Below, one piece after another: positions 1-13,649 of a stretch of 64,000 nt of DNA. How positions within the stretch are numbered: position 1 is the stretch's first letter; each line of letters begins with the position of its first letter. Made by a program: the position numbers and the translations under genes. The notes under the pieces were generated by a model. The model ran no database searches, was not told the origin of the DNA, and saw nothing but the letters and a program-made list of their open reading frames with translations. The stretch is from Octopus vulgaris (lineage: Eukaryota): the NCBI GenBank assembly GCA_951406725.2, contig OX597819.1, positions 127,472,001 to 127,536,000 on the forward strand, read 5' to 3'.

Positions 1-396
1 GTAAATATGTATGTTTGTATATATACTTATATATATATGCGTGTGTGTGTTTTTGTGTGTATATGTATGTATACATACATGCACACACGCGCTCGCTCGC
101 TCACACACACACTTTACACACCTGCGTGTTTATGTGTGTGCGCGTTGTGCATCATGCGTTTCTACAATTACTGTAGTCATACGAATATTGTTGCTACTGA
201 TACACTTTGTGTTCGAATGGTCACCTGCACAGATTAAAATTAATAATGTTATTTGTCTAACGCTACAAATTTAGAGATGAGCCCATCTTTATAACAAGAG
301 CAGCCCATGCAAATGTTTTTTGTTCCCGTTTAGAACCAAGTTAATTCGCGTTGAACAGAACGATAAGGATGAAGATGTGCTGCCAGTGCACTTTAA

Positions 397-617
397 CCCT
401 TTAGTGTTCAGATTATTCTGTTAAATGTAATACTTTTTCACTGAAATTGTTTTGAATTAATCATGCATTATCTTATAGCTTTGAGGTTTCAATGATGTGG
501 TTATTTATTTTTAGAATGTCACTGTAGGTTAGGTGTGAGAGGCTAGATATCGCCAGTTTGAATATAAAACATGTGGAATATATTGGGCCGGATTTGGCCA
601 GTTTAAACACTAATGGG
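397..617. mobile_element. piggyBac-type MITE
   Basis: TTAA at 393-396 and 618-621 flanks 12-bp terminal inverted repeats CCCTTTAGTGTT / AACACTAATGGG (1 mismatch); no ORF. Confidence 0.75.
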
Positions 618-1412
618 TTAAGCCTTAGTCTATAATAGAACGGACTTAGAACTACGCTATCAAATGTACCCTTTTTACAAGGATTTAAAGGAGACTCGGT
701 TGGTTTTTAATAGATCGAGTGACCATTTAAATGGGTTCCTCGTTGGCTTCATGAAAAGCGGTCGAATTTATAGAAATTGATATTTATAGGAGTATAACAA
801 TGATTTCCATCATCGCGGATATCCATGACATTGTATTTCACTGTTATTGGGTTTTGTGATTGTATTTTTTCGCCAGATAGCTAATATATTCATATCCATG
901 TCGGAGAATCCATGGGTTTGTACCACACGAGATTATCCTTAGCGAACAATCTTTCGTACAGTGTAGAATCAGCGTCATTTGGACATTCACCAAACACTTG
1001 GAGGCAAAGTTTGATAGCGCCTATGTTGCCTGCTATGAGCTTTTCTGTATATCTTCCGGATAAAACATCTGAAAAATCAAAGACAGAATGGCAGTGTTTA
1101 TGTAATTGTTGATATAAAAGAGAGAGACGCATGCGTTTTGTAGGGCTAGACACGACGATAAGCAAATAGGCAATATTCGACAACAAACCCACCTCCGTAC
1201 TTTGAGGTCAAGTTGTAAATAAGCAAATCTGAATTAAAACATTCTCTGTCGTCTCAGAAAGTGACACGTTAGATAATACGGTCTTATGCTCACTGCACTT
1301 AGAAAATGTCAGGAAGATCACAGCTGAAATAACTTTAATCGTAAGTTTGCGCCATCATAGCAGGCTCGGGGTTAAATAAGAATAGTAACGACCACAATAA
1401 CAGCAACAGCAG

Positions 1413-1780
1413 TGGATACGCAATGGCCCAGTGGTTAGGGCAGTGGACTCGCTGTCGGAGGATCGCGGTTTCGATTCCCAGACCGGGCGTTTTGTGTGTT
1501 TATTGAGCGAAAACACCTAAAGCTCCACGACGCTCCGGCAGGGGGTGGTGGTGACCCCTATTGTACTCTTTCGCTCCAACTTTCTCTCACTCTTTCTTCC
1601 TGTTTCTTGCCCCCGACTTCCTACGCAACCGCTGAGCCTGGATGCGCATTCACCCATCCGTCGATGCTCTCGGTGTCGGGGGTTGACCTGCTTTCTCTTC
1701 TGCGGGTCTTACGAATAGCCAAGGACCACGTTTCGGACTTCTCCTATCTTGCGAGCTCTGGGACGAAGACCGTTCGCTCA
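1413..1780 (+). mobile_element. tRNA-derived SINE, family C
   Basis: A box TGGCCCAGTGG, B box GGTTTCGATTCC, body shared with 12314-12566, (ACA)n tail. Confidence 0.8.
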
Positions 1781-2313
1781 ACAACAACAACAACAACAGC
1801 AAGAGCAACAATAACAATCAATGAATATTTATAGTCATCTCTCTATTATTTGTAGTAGTAAAATTTACTCCAAATCACACCCTACAGTTTCAAAAGAGGA
1901 GAGGAAAGGCTACATTAGATAATTTAGTCCGAAACACTCATGAAAAGATCCCTAAAATGCTTGGAGGTCTTTGATTATCGGCCCGTTCAATTAGGTTACA
2001 ATGCACTCTACAGCAACTATATTGATGATCTGAATAGCTAAGGTTAGCTGTAAACAGTCGCGTGGCATGCCAGTTATAGTAGCCAAACCTTCCGCAAATC
2101 ACACCTCACTCTTTTAAAATAGGTGAGTTATGATGTATTTCTAGATATATCATATCAACGAAAGAAGAAAAAACGGCAGAAAACAACCACGAGTTTCTGT
2201 CACATATGTAGATATACTTGCATTGTCATTATGGTCATACGGACAGAGTGATGTCTCTATCATTTAATAGTGCCATGAAAATAATTTTGAAAACATATAG
2301 CGTTCATAACATC

Positions 2314-2374
<61 letters not shown>

Positions 2375-2604
2375 ACGGTATCATCATCATCATCGTCATC
2401 GTCATCGTCAACCTCCTCCTCCTCCTCCTCCTCATCATCATCATCATCATCATCATTACCATCATCATCATCGCATTAACAACAGCAGCAGTAATAATTT
2501 GCTCTAGGGCAATTCGTTGTTTCTGTAACTTCTTTGTCTTGGTTTTCTTTTACAGGCGCAAGTACAACACCATCATAGTTCTATATGATTAATATCGCGG
2601 TTCC

Positions 2605-2972
2605 ATGGAGCCATGGAAAGGTCAATGCTTGGTATCTCGTTGAGAGAGCACATCAGTAGCGAGATCATCAGAAAGAATTCCGGCGTGAGAGATGTCATCG
2701 CAGAGTATACACGCAGCAAGTATAGATGAGCTGGACACGTCACCCAGCTCACCGATAATCGGTGGACCCACGCAGTTGTCGAGTGGTACCCACGCGAGCG
2801 GAAATGACCATCCGGAATGCCTCCACGTCGGTGGAGTTACGATTTCAGGAGGACGATTGGGATCACGTGAATGAGAAAGGCGCAATCCAGAGAGGAGTGG
2901 ACAGCGTACTGTGACCAGCGGTGTCAAATGGACGCCCGATGGACTGGTCGGTCAAGGTGATCAAGGTGATCA
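2605..2972 (+). mobile_element. RTE-clade LINE, 5'-truncated 3' end (pseudogenised RT C-terminus)
   Basis: Manual translation AMERSMLGISLREHISSEIIRKNSGVRDVI...KYR*AGHVTQLTDNRWTHAVVEWYPRERK*P...PPRRW matches the RTE C-terminal WAGHV...RW...W.PR motif; short tandem tail (TCAAGGTGA)2. Confidence 0.85.
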
Positions 2973-4837
2973 ATATGACGGTAATACGAACGTTGTTTGA
3001 AAGGGAATTTGCTGATATTTGTAGTATGTCAACCACCAGGACACACGCACCTTTGTTAGCACAGGATCCCTTGTCGGCCCAGGGTCTCTCGTTATTCATT
3101 AGAGATTGTTAAAATTTGGCACATTGGAAGGGAAGCGCTTTACACTGAGCGCATGTTTTCTTAGATATCCGTTCAATTGTCCGCCCCATTTGTTACACTG
3201 CCAAACACAATTCTAATAAAAAGATAATCAGGAGATAGGAAATGTTCTTTTTCAAATCTGTACATAGACCATAATATCTACCAAGAAATCTTTTTGAATT
3301 CCATTGAACCTTTCTATGAAGTGCAAGTTAGTAAAATTTCAGTATTTTCGAAAAACCTGGGCAACTTATTAACTAAAGTTCTGATAAAAGAACAAGATTT
3401 TTAAAGAGAAAAGGGGACAGAAAGGACACATGGAGTGGGGTTTTTTCTTCTTATTGAAATAAATTTTCATCCATTAGTTTTCTCTTTCCTTGATTATAAT
3501 CATCTTTATTCCTTAAAAATACTCAAAAGAAACCTTGAATGAAGAGATTCACTAAACAAAGGAATTATTGTCCTCTTGTTGAAATCTCATCTGATCAGCT
3601 ATAAAAAAAGAGTGTATATAAATATTTTCTTGTCATGGACTGATAGTATCATATGTGCATATTGATGAAGCCTAGTTGTTTCATTTGATGGATCCTGAAC
3701 TTTTTATCGTATTTTATCTAATGAATTTTCATCGAATAGTCACTTGTAAAATGATAAGTGGTGGTCATTTTAAGGTCAAAATGATGTACAAATACATACA
3801 CACATATGTGTATGCATGCATGCATGTGCGTATGTATGTATGTATGTATGTATGTATGTATGTATGTATGTATGTATGTATGTATGTATGTATGTTTGTA
3901 TGAGTGTATGTATGTGTGTATATGAGCGCGTATGCATGTCAATGTATGAATAAATTTAATATACACATATAAAATATAATATTGTATTTCCCACAAATTC
4001 TCTTTTTTTTTTATCTACTTCATTTCTTTACCCCTTTTCCTTTTTGTCCCTTTATTATATTTTGTCCTTTCTTTATAAAAGAAAAAAGAAGACATAAGAA
4101 AATTTGATGAATTTCAATAGAGATTATTGATAAACGTTCCTTTTTTGTGTATGACTTTCAGAGAGACACTGAAATTTTCGAGTGACATTGATAATAAAAA
4201 CTGAATGCAAGAACCTTCGTGTCGAGGTAAGGTCATGACCAGCTAACATCGAGATCTGACATTGATTGCCAATTAAATATATTTTCCTTTTACTTAAACT
4301 CATTATAAAGTTGTGAAAGAAACGTACGCTAAGGAGAGAAATCAAAATCAACCGAAATGGGATTAGAAATAGATTATTAGTTTTACGGCCAGCTTGATTC
4401 TTCTATCGTTAGTAGAATATAGACATAATTACCTATAAAAATGACTTGTTATCCAAGCAAAACTAGCCGCGTTGTCGTCGTTCTTGTTTAGCCTGTTGGA
4501 GATAGAGTTGTCATGTCTGCTCTGTCTATATTTTCAGGCATAGGTAGGGATATTTCGAATTATATATTCAAATCCATCCGCTTTTTGTTTCTTTTTTGGA
4601 CGGGGTACAATGAAGTATGGTGTGTGATAGATATAGCTGCTATTTTGAACAGATCAAACAACCGCAGCAACTCCACGTTGGCTTGGCAGAGTATAGGATG
4701 AGAGAAGTGTCGGCTGGCGATGGAATGGTTGCATTAGAATGTCTCATTCTTATTACAGTGACTAAGAAGAAGTAAAATGAGGATCAAATTGATTGTCCTC
4801 CGTAGGATTTGAACTTAGAAAAGTACAAAGACAAATT

Positions 4838-4998
4838 CAGGAGTGGCTGTGTGGTAAGTAGCTTGTCTACCAACCACGTGGTTCCGGGTTCAGTCCCACT
4901 GCGTGGCACCTTGGGCACGTGTCTTCTACTATAGCCTCGGGCCGACCATGGCCTTGTGAGTGGATTTGGTAGACGGAAACTGAAAGAAGCCCGTCGTA

Positions 4999-5053
<55 letters not shown>

Positions 5054-5265
5054 TTGTGTGTCTGTGTTTGTCCCCCTAGCATTGCTTGACAACCGATGCT
5101 GGTGTGTTTACGTCCCGGTCACATAGCGGTTCGGCAAAAGAGACCGATAGAATAAGTACCAGGCTTACAAAGAATAAGTCCCGGGGTCGATTTGCTCGAC
5201 TAAAAGGCGTTGCTCCAGCATGCCCGCAGTCAAATGACTGAAACAAGTAAAAGAGTAAAAGAGTA
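4838..5265 (+). mobile_element. tRNA-derived SINE, family A (internal TA/TG microsatellite)
   Basis: A box TGGCTGTGTGG, B box GGTTCAGTCCC, CACCTTGGGCA core-like segment, (AAGAGTAA)n tail; about 9 copies in the window. Confidence 0.9.
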
Positions 5266-5649
5266 TACCGTAATTTGTACGAAGTTATAAGTATATATGA
5301 AGGTTCTCCTACGATTTCTCTTAACAATTTTGAGCTTTCAACTTCCAAATTATTTGTAATGTTTTTTTTAAAAAAAAAGTCATCTTTCTACAGCGTGCAA
5401 ATAAATAAGAAATTACATTCATTTATTCTCCCATTTTCTTTTTGTTTTCCCCCTCTATATTAATTTCAATAATCCTGAAAATATACAAATGACTTTTTAT
5501 ATACAATAAATATACAAACACAAATGCAAATAGAATACATATGCAAATACATATACAAATACATATACAAATTACTATGATAGAGATTGAACCAGTGGAA
5601 TACCTAATAAGGACTTGACTTCCTCGAATTAACTATATATATATATATA

Positions 5650-5802
5650 TGTTGGAAAGTTTGGAGATGATGTACAAGTATTATATATTAGAAGAAATGA
5701 GGTAATCAGAAGATCGGTTGGTATATATGTAAAAAATGTAATATATAAATAAATATCTGTAAATACAAACCATCCGATCTTCTGATTACCTCATTTCTTC
5801 TA
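5650..5802. mobile_element. Mini inverted-repeat element with one-sided tail (PLE-like footprint)
   Basis: 34-bp arms 5689-5722 / 5769-5802 (1 mismatch), about 40-bp unpaired extension on the left, flanked by (TA)n. Confidence 0.55.
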
Positions 5803-5867
<65 letters not shown>

Positions 5868-6678
5868 AAACTCAACTTGTGTGTCTTTGTGTGTATCTGT
5901 GTGTGTGTCTGTGTGTTTAACTTCCCGGCACATCTCCTCCTAGCCAACAAATCGTAGAACCACAAAAAATGGGTCACTTAAAGTTTAGGCGAATGAAAAT
6001 TGAACTGCGCTATTTCTGTTCCGAATTTCATCTCGCAAGTGCAAAAATCGATAATGTGTTTGTTTAGGCCTTATCCCATGCATTGAATAGTGAACTTTAC
6101 TCAGTGAACTGTGTTCACCACGCGTGCAAGCATGCGTAAATTGCATGAAAAATAAAAAAATCAAGATATAAAAACGAATCGCCGTAAACATTGTAGAAAT
6201 TCGGCAGAGAAATGAATTTTCGAGATGTAACCTGAAGGGTTTTTTCGTACTAATCGTTTGGACTTTGTGAACACATACCAATTGTTTTCACAACATTTTT
6301 AACGCTTTGAATTAAATGTGACCATTTTGCGTCGAGTCTGCAGTTTGAATCACTTTAACCAAATTTTAGCAGGCCGGATTTTTGATCATCACGATACATC
6401 GCCAGCGACTCCCTGAAACTCTCCCCTGAAATCCCCGTTGAGAAATACTGATCTAAAAGAATAATTCAACAATGCAATTATTTAATCAACAAAAATTTAT
6501 GAAACGCTTCTACGTACTTCCTATTGAGGAAATTGAACACATAAGCGCAAAAATAGAGGGCATTAAATGCTTGATTTTAAAACCAAAATAATTGAATTTT
6601 GATTGAACTTTATCCAAGTTTAGCTTAATTCGCGCGTGCATAGAACGCACGAGCGCACGAGCCGGGCAATACTGCTAG
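5803..6678 (+). mobile_element. Non-autonomous Helitron
   Basis: Begins A|TC + (TA)n AAAA + (GT/GTCT) tract; ends with a GC-rich hairpin region ...GCACGAGCCGGGCAATACTGCTAG|T (CTAG 3' end, A|T insertion site). Confidence 0.7.
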
Positions 6679-6773
6679 TATATATATATATATATATGTA
6701 TATATAAGAATGTTTTGTGTAATGCGATAAAAAACCAAGGCTGTATAGATATTAGAAAAGTTATTGATAGAAG

Positions 6774-6825
6774 GTCTTACAGCTGTTTCCGGGATATTTA
6801 TTAATTATATCCTTTCATCGGAGAC
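6774..6825 (-). ncRNA. Type I hammerhead ribozyme (U4C core variant)
   Basis: Minus strand: gtct CCGATGA aa-ggatat-aattaataa-atatcc-cg GAAA cagctg TA agac; stems I and II pair, stem III palindromic. Confidence 0.7.
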
Positions 6826-6934
6826 GTTGTGAGAGGATGGTTAAGTAATAGTGTGTAGGAGGATGGCTAAGTAATGTGTGTGTGAATATATATATATATA
6901 TGATAGATCATTAGCCATTACACACATTTTTGTC

Positions 6935-7095
6935 TCCTTTTTTTCTCTCCCTGTTTCTTCCTTGTTTTTTTTTCTGTATCCCTTTCTGTAGAAGAGCGTA
7001 GGCTCGAAACGTAAAATACTTTTTCTATTCCTGAGCGTTATACTAATACATCGGTTTGTTTTGTACACCACCTGTCTTCGTCTTTTGTTTTTTTC
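6935..7095 (+). mobile_element. PLE pLTR-like fragment with degenerate minimal hammerhead
   Basis: tagaaga gcgtaggctc GAAA cg TA; homologous to 60270-60435. Confidence 0.55.
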
Positions 7096-7105
7096 TTCCC
7101 TCCCT

Positions 7106-7144
<39 letters not shown>

Positions 7145-8016
7145 TCACACACACACGCAAGCACACATATGTAGTGAAACTTAGATTCAAACAAGTATAA
7201 ACTCATAACATGCAGTAACTTAACTGAACTGAGAATTGGAAACTCGAGAGAGAGAGAAGGCGCGAGAGAGAGAGAGAGATGGAGAAAGAGGAAAAGAAAC
7301 AGAGAGAAAGACACTGAGAAGGCGGGAGATACAATAACTATTGCTGAACTTAATCATAATTAAACATGACAGTTAGCGTTCATGATAGGCTCTTATAATG
7401 CTGTAAGTTTCCTTTCCAACACCTAACTGGTTGATTATTTACGCCATATGTAACTTCTTATAAGTACGCACACATTCTGCACTCAGCTTACTCCACTCAC
7501 AAACCACAAATAACGATATTCAGCTGACAACTGAAGCAGCTACGCCTACAACTTTACAACGCTTTCTAATTGTAAATATAACGAGCGTGAGTAAGGGGTT
7601 AATTTGACTCTCCGATCAATTTGATTGCTTACAAGAAAGGCATACATATATCTATCTATATATATATATATTACAAAATACAAAGTTATATCTTGAGATC
7701 GCTAGTGACAACAACACACAAAATATATAACAGACTGGAATAGTAGTGCTCAAATGAGCTGTATACACTTATTAATCCGTATATATAAATGAATATATGA
7801 ATATATGTATGTGTTTGATCTTTCTGTGGATTTTGCAAAGTTCCTTTGGTTGCTGCTCACATTGCCTCCCCTCGTATAAATAAGTATCTATATATATATA
7901 TAGAAATTCGGGGTGAGTACTTGATAATAAAGGCCCGAAACATATGTACCGCTGAATCCTTCGCATCATGTTTTTATTTTATTTTGATCAATTTATATAT
8001 ATATATATATAGAAGG

Positions 8017-8067
8017 AGCTTATACAGGACTAGAACTGTTTCATTCAAGAGAAATCTTCAGGAAGCT
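8017..8067 (-). ncRNA. Type I hammerhead ribozyme (left-arm copy)
   Basis: Minus strand: agcttc CTGAAGA t-ttc-tctt-gaa-t GAAA cag-ttctagtc-ctg TA taagct; one stem I mismatch next to the core. Confidence 0.75.
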
Positions 8068-8362
8068 AGTTAACTAGAATTGTATTGGCATTTATACATT
8101 TAGGCAGGTTTAAAGGGGTGGTGGTGGGGGACTTTTTGGGGGTAGGCATAGCGCAAAAAAATCATACTTGGGGGAGTGGTCAAGGAGTCAGTGGTAAATT
8201 AGATAGAAGAATATGTATATGTGCGTGTATGTATGTGTATGTATGTATATATGCGTGGGTATGTGTATGTGTATATGTACATATACGTGTACGCTCGTGT
8301 GTTTAGGTATATGTAGGTACGTAGAGTTATGTATGTGTGTATGTATATGTACATATGTGTAA

Positions 8363-8468
<106 letters not shown>

Positions 8469-9004
8469 AAGTTTATATGTATGTATCCGTCTGTATAATA
8501 GGTAACTGCACGTATATATACTTAATATTTATTATTTATTATTTATTTTTTTGAGTATGCATGTATGAATAACTGCACGTATATATATTTTATTACTTAT
8601 TTTTGAGTATGCATGTAAGTATGAACATAAGGAGTGGCGTGTGTGTGTGTGTATGTGTAAGCATAGATATATGTATACTTTTACGCATGTGTGTACTTAT
8701 GTGTATATATGGATGCGCGTGTGTGTGTGTGTGTGTATGGGTACGCATGTATATGTGTATGTGCGTGTATGTGTATATGTGTATGTATGTGTGTGTGTAT
8801 ATATGTATATGTATGTATGTATATGTATGTATATATATATATATATATATGTATGTATATGTATATGTGTATGTGTATGTATTTGTATGTGTATGCATGC
8901 GCGTATATGTATGTATATGTATACGTGTGGGTGTGTGTATGTGTGTATATATGTATGTATGTATGGGTGTATGTATGTATGTATGTATGTATGTATGGGA
9001 TATG

Positions 9005-9057
<53 letters not shown>

Positions 9058-9507
9058 ATGTGTATGTATATGTGTGTGTATATATATGTATGTATGTATT
9101 TGTATGTAGGTGTTATATGTATGTGTGTATATATATTTATTGGTGTATATGTATAGACTAGTCTTCTAAGATTGTAGACATGAATCTGTAGGTACGCGTA
9201 CGTATGTGTATATACGTGTATGTATGTAGAGGTATGTATGTATGAATATAACGCGTGCGTGCGTGTATGTGTATGAGTGTACGAATGAGTGAGTGTGCGT
9301 GCTAACGAGTGTGCGTGCGTGAGTGAGTGCTTGTGCTCAAGTAGAAAGATAAAAGGGACTAGTTGTCGTAGCCAAGATGCTTGTGACCAGCGGTCAAAGA
9401 TAACAAAAGTAATAAATGAAGATAATAAAATTAAAATTAGGGAATGGGTTTGTATTTGTATGTATATATGTGTGTATGTGTAGGTATGAATAGGTACACA
9501 TATGTAT

Positions 9508-9548
<41 letters not shown>

Positions 9549-9759
9549 TGTGTATAAGTATATATGAGTATATAGGGACTTGTGTGTTGTGTGTGCATGT
9601 GTGTATGTGGATATATGTGTGTGTATGTGTGTATGTGTATGTGTGTGTATGTATATTTTTTTGTGTATATGTGTATGTGTGGTCGTGTGTGTGTGTATAT
9701 ATACATGTGTGTGTGTATATGTATATGCATGTATGTGTGTATGTATATATAGATATACA

Positions 9760-9790
<31 letters not shown>

Positions 9791-9811
9791 AGATATATGT
9801 ATGTATGTGTA

Positions 9812-9846
<35 letters not shown>

Positions 9847-10146
9847 GGGTGTGTGTGTATGTATGTGAGTATGTATATGTGTGTGTGTGTGTATATATAT
9901 GTATACATATGTGTATAGGTATAAGTGAGATTTTCCTTATTTACCTAAAACTCTATTCTTCTATATATTTTTTTATTCTCCCTTTTTTTATTCTTTTATT
10001 TATTCTTCTATCTAATTTACCACTGACTCCTTGACCACTCCCCCAAGTATGATTTTTTTGCGCTATGCCTACCCCCAAAAAGTCCCGCACCACCACCCCT
10101 TTAAACCTGCCTAAATGTATAAATGCCAATACAATTCTTGTTAACT

Positions 10147-10197
10147 AGCTTCCTGAAGATTTCTCTTGAATGAAACAGTTCTAGTCCTGTAGAAGCT
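10147..10197 (+). ncRNA. Type I hammerhead ribozyme (intact core)
   Basis: agcttc CTGAAGA t-ttc-tctt-gaa-t GAAA cag-ttctagtc-ctg TA gaagct; perfect 6-bp stem I; predicted cleavage after GUA at 10191. Confidence 0.85.
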
Positions 10198-11178
10198 CCT
10201 TCTATATAATAAATTAATTTTACTCTGCTATGTATTGAGTACCTTATTTACTGTGGTTAACCCCGAATCAACCCGGGACCTACATATATATATATACATA
10301 TATATATATACACACACACATACACACACACATACTCACACACACAAACACACATACGCAAACACATATTTCTGACACTCGTAAACAATCTGAGATGAAT
10401 TTGCTGATCAGCATGTTCAATGTTTTCAGTAATGGCCCCAGGTGCCCATGCTTTAACGAACTGACACAGAGCAGCTACAACGCGCTTTGTTCTCCGCACA
10501 GTGGAACATTCACTTCGTAATAGCTGGAAGGAAGGACGGCTGTATCAGTACCTGGAGGGGCCTAAACCCAATGATGACGTCGTAGAGATTTGAACACAAT
10601 GTAGAGAGATAGAGATAGAGAGAGGGAGAGAGGGGGGGAGAGAATATCGGAACAAATTTTGCAACGCATCTTATCCGATGCTCTAAAGAGAGACTACTAA
10701 TAGACTGCTTTGTATAAGGCGAAATATGTATGCACACACACACACACACACACACGTATATTTATATATATACACATATATATATTAAATAGCGCAATAC
10801 AGTAGTATTGCTTCCCAGTAAAACAAAGCACCATCAGGTTAAAGTATAAATATAGACGGTGTTACAACAATGCACCAATATTTACTGGAAATAGTAGTCC
10901 ATAATAAACGACGCTATAGTAAAACTTCACAGCATATATATATATATATATATATATGCTACTATTAATATAAGATGACATTTTGTTCTGAAAAAATTTT
11001 ATCAAAAGTGGCAGCATATAAAAATATATTTAAAGGTTAAAATTGTAAACAACTTATAAACAAGGGCAAAAGAAAAATTATTTCCATGCAAATATGTTGA
11101 TAACAGACTTAAATCGTCAATTTCCACATTTCATTATTCACTCACTATAAATACACGTGCTGAAATTTCTTATCGTAT

Positions 11179-11238
11179 TTTCTACTGAAGAGGGAAGAAT
11201 CCATTAGGATTAATTCCGAAATTGATTCATTCTAGAAA
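11179..11238 (+). ncRNA. Type I hammerhead ribozyme
   Basis: tttcta CTGAAGA g-ggaa-g-aatcc-atta-ggatt-aa-ttcc GAAA ttgattcat TC tagaaa; perfect 6-bp stem I, long stem II, stem III with a mismatch. Confidence 0.75.
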
Positions 11239-12313
11239 TAACGAACATTTTTTTTAGATTCTGTTGGCTTGGTTTCCTCGATTTCGTAAGAATTTTCTTC
11301 TCGTCTGCTATAAATACGGTAAGAAATAAATGAAGTACTAACCTATACCCAGGGAAGACGCAAACACTAAGTCATGTGCACACGTAAGTACCCCAAATAT
11401 ATCCAAAACAGAAATTCTCCAGCACACCTCGAGACAAGTGCGATCAGACTGAAAACTCTCATAGAGTGAGAGAGTCCGGAAGTGAATACTATTAAATTTA
11501 CATCTAATATTATGTATATATATATATATATATATACATAGGACATACATAGGTAGGAACATCCGAATTATTAGGGTTAACTCGTGATTCGAATACGGGT
11601 AAAATTTCATATTTATGTTGAGACTTTGAAATTACTAAATATCTAACATTTTGAATATTTTATGGAAAAAGGCATTTGAAAATCGATAGATACAAAGAAG
11701 TAAATAAATGCGTTGGACAAGGTCTCATGTGTTTATTGACCTTCATCACTATATGCAAAAAAAAAAAAAAGAAAAAGAAAAAAGAATTTAAAATTATTTA
11801 TTATTTTTAATGTTATAAACTAAACTTTTCCTTTCTTCTCTTTGAGCATGATCTTTTATCACCTGAAAGTATTTTAAGTTTGTTTTCTGACTTGTGTTGT
11901 TCGCTTCATATTCACCTCTACTTCCATTATCATCTACTTTTTATCCTCGAAAGTTATAAAAATAGCTTTGAGACCTTCTATTAAGAATTTCGCCTCGTGT
12001 GTCTCAGTTTCATGTGTTCCGTTTTGGCCTTCATCCTCCTCATATGCACGTTACTACTCTCATTTTGATAGGTCTCCGATATTGAGGTTCACATCATGTG
12101 AGCAAAACCATTACCTGATATTACCATCCTCACTTAAAACATTAACCACTGTCAACTTTGTTCTGTGGTTTCTGCTACGGCTTCTTAATTTCAGTTTCCA
12201 CTGTACCAAAATTATTTGCAGTGTGAAATCATATTTTTTGGAAGAGCCTTCATATTACTTGTTATCTTATTTCATGCAATATTTTTAAATCAATTCTTTA
12301 TATTGCTTCAAGA

Positions 12314-12566
12314 GTGGAGGCACATGGCCTAGTGGTTAGAGCAGCGGACTCGCGGGTACGAATCTCAGACCGGACGATGTGTGTGTTTATGAGCGAAACA
12401 CCTAAGCTCCACGCGGCTCCGGCAGAAGGTAATGGCGAAACTTCTGCTGACTCTTTCGCCACAACTTTCTCTCATTTTTTCCTCCTGCATCTTGCAGCTC
12501 ACCTGCGACGGACCGGTGTCCCGTCCAGGTGAGGAACCTATGCGCCAAGAAACCGGGAAACTGGCC
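12314..12566 (+). mobile_element. tRNA-derived SINE, family C
   Basis: TGGCCTAGTGGTTAGAGCAGCGGACTCGCG head; body similar to 1413-1780. Confidence 0.75.
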
Positions 12567-13215
12567 AAAATTGTTTCAAGAGACTGTACAATACACTGTA
12601 GGAATATTTCGAAATAGATTCCGTTTGTAAGAAATTTTTGAATTGTACATTTGGTGAAATTCGCGAAAGATCCATGTAGAAAGATTTGTATTTGGAAATG
12701 TGTAGCAACTATTTTGTGTTAAGTTGAACTTTCTGATATTTAATTTTGTAAACATATTACGAAAGGCGACATAATTCCTAGCAATGTAACTCAGTTTGAA
12801 ACAATAGTAGACATGCTGTTACGCTTGTGGTGAAACACTAAGTATGTGGCTTGCAATCTATTTTACTGCACAAGCAAAATTTGTTTTGACAACCAGACAA
12901 TCAGTGAACAGTTATCGATCTAACGATCAGTACTCACGATACGTTATTAATGAACGATAGTCTTTGCTATCTCTGGAGTACATACATAGTGAAGGAACCA
13001 AGTTCACTCTACTTTCGCTGCTCTTCGAATACATAACATTTATTCAATTGAATTGTCATCTCACTCCTTGTTCACTATTCTACCCTCATAGTCATCGGTC
13101 CTGATTTAGGTTATCAATAGACGGAGGGTTATTTCGCGTATCTTATTTACTCTGGGGCCACTGAAGGAATTCACATTTAACGAATCCCGTTGCATTTTCT
13201 TCATAGGTATTATAA

Positions 13216-13444
13216 GGCGGCGAGCTGGTAGAAACGTTAGCATGCAGGGCAAAATGCTTAGCGGTATTTCGTCTGCCGTTACGTTCTGGGTTCAAATTCC
13301 ACCGAGGTCGACTTTGCCTTTCATCCTTTTGGGGTCGATTAAATAAGTACCAGTTACGCACTGGTTGTCGATACAATCGACTTAATCCGTTTGTCTGTCC
13401 TTGTTTGTCCTCTCTGTGTTTAGCCCCTTGTGGATAGTAAAGAA
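13216..13444 (+). mobile_element. tRNA-derived SINE, family B
   Basis: GGCGGCGAGCTGG head, GTTCAAATTCC B box, flanking direct repeat ATAGGTATTATAAG (TSD). Confidence 0.9.
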
Positions 13445-13649
13445 ATAGGTATTATAAGACATTCATCTTACGCTGCCAGTTGGGTAATAGTTGTGCTTGT
13501 GCTAGCCAAATTTTATTTTCATATTTTTCTGTAGCAGTTTACACCTACAAAGCATATCACCGATTTATTCGCTTCATGGAAATAACATCACAGTGTATCA
13601 GATTTACGGAAACAATAATCATTTTGTTTCTTTGTTATTCACTCAAGTT

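Noticed and set aside
1413-1490. tRNA gene (also the heads at 12314 and of SINE families A and B)
   Set aside because: A/B boxes run directly into multi-copy SINE bodies; no complete cloverleaf acceptor stem.
9330-9450. Minus-strand peptide [27 protein letters not shown] as a GIY-YIG C-terminal relic
   Set aside because: Only vague resemblance; the diagnostic E and LN residues are not identifiable.
8593-9908. Long ORFs (up to 403 aa) of YI/HT/CV repeats, also at 19887-20671, 34808-35540, 55400-56072 and 62268-62785
   Set aside because: Stop-free translations of (TA), (TG) and (ATT) microsatellites; not genes.
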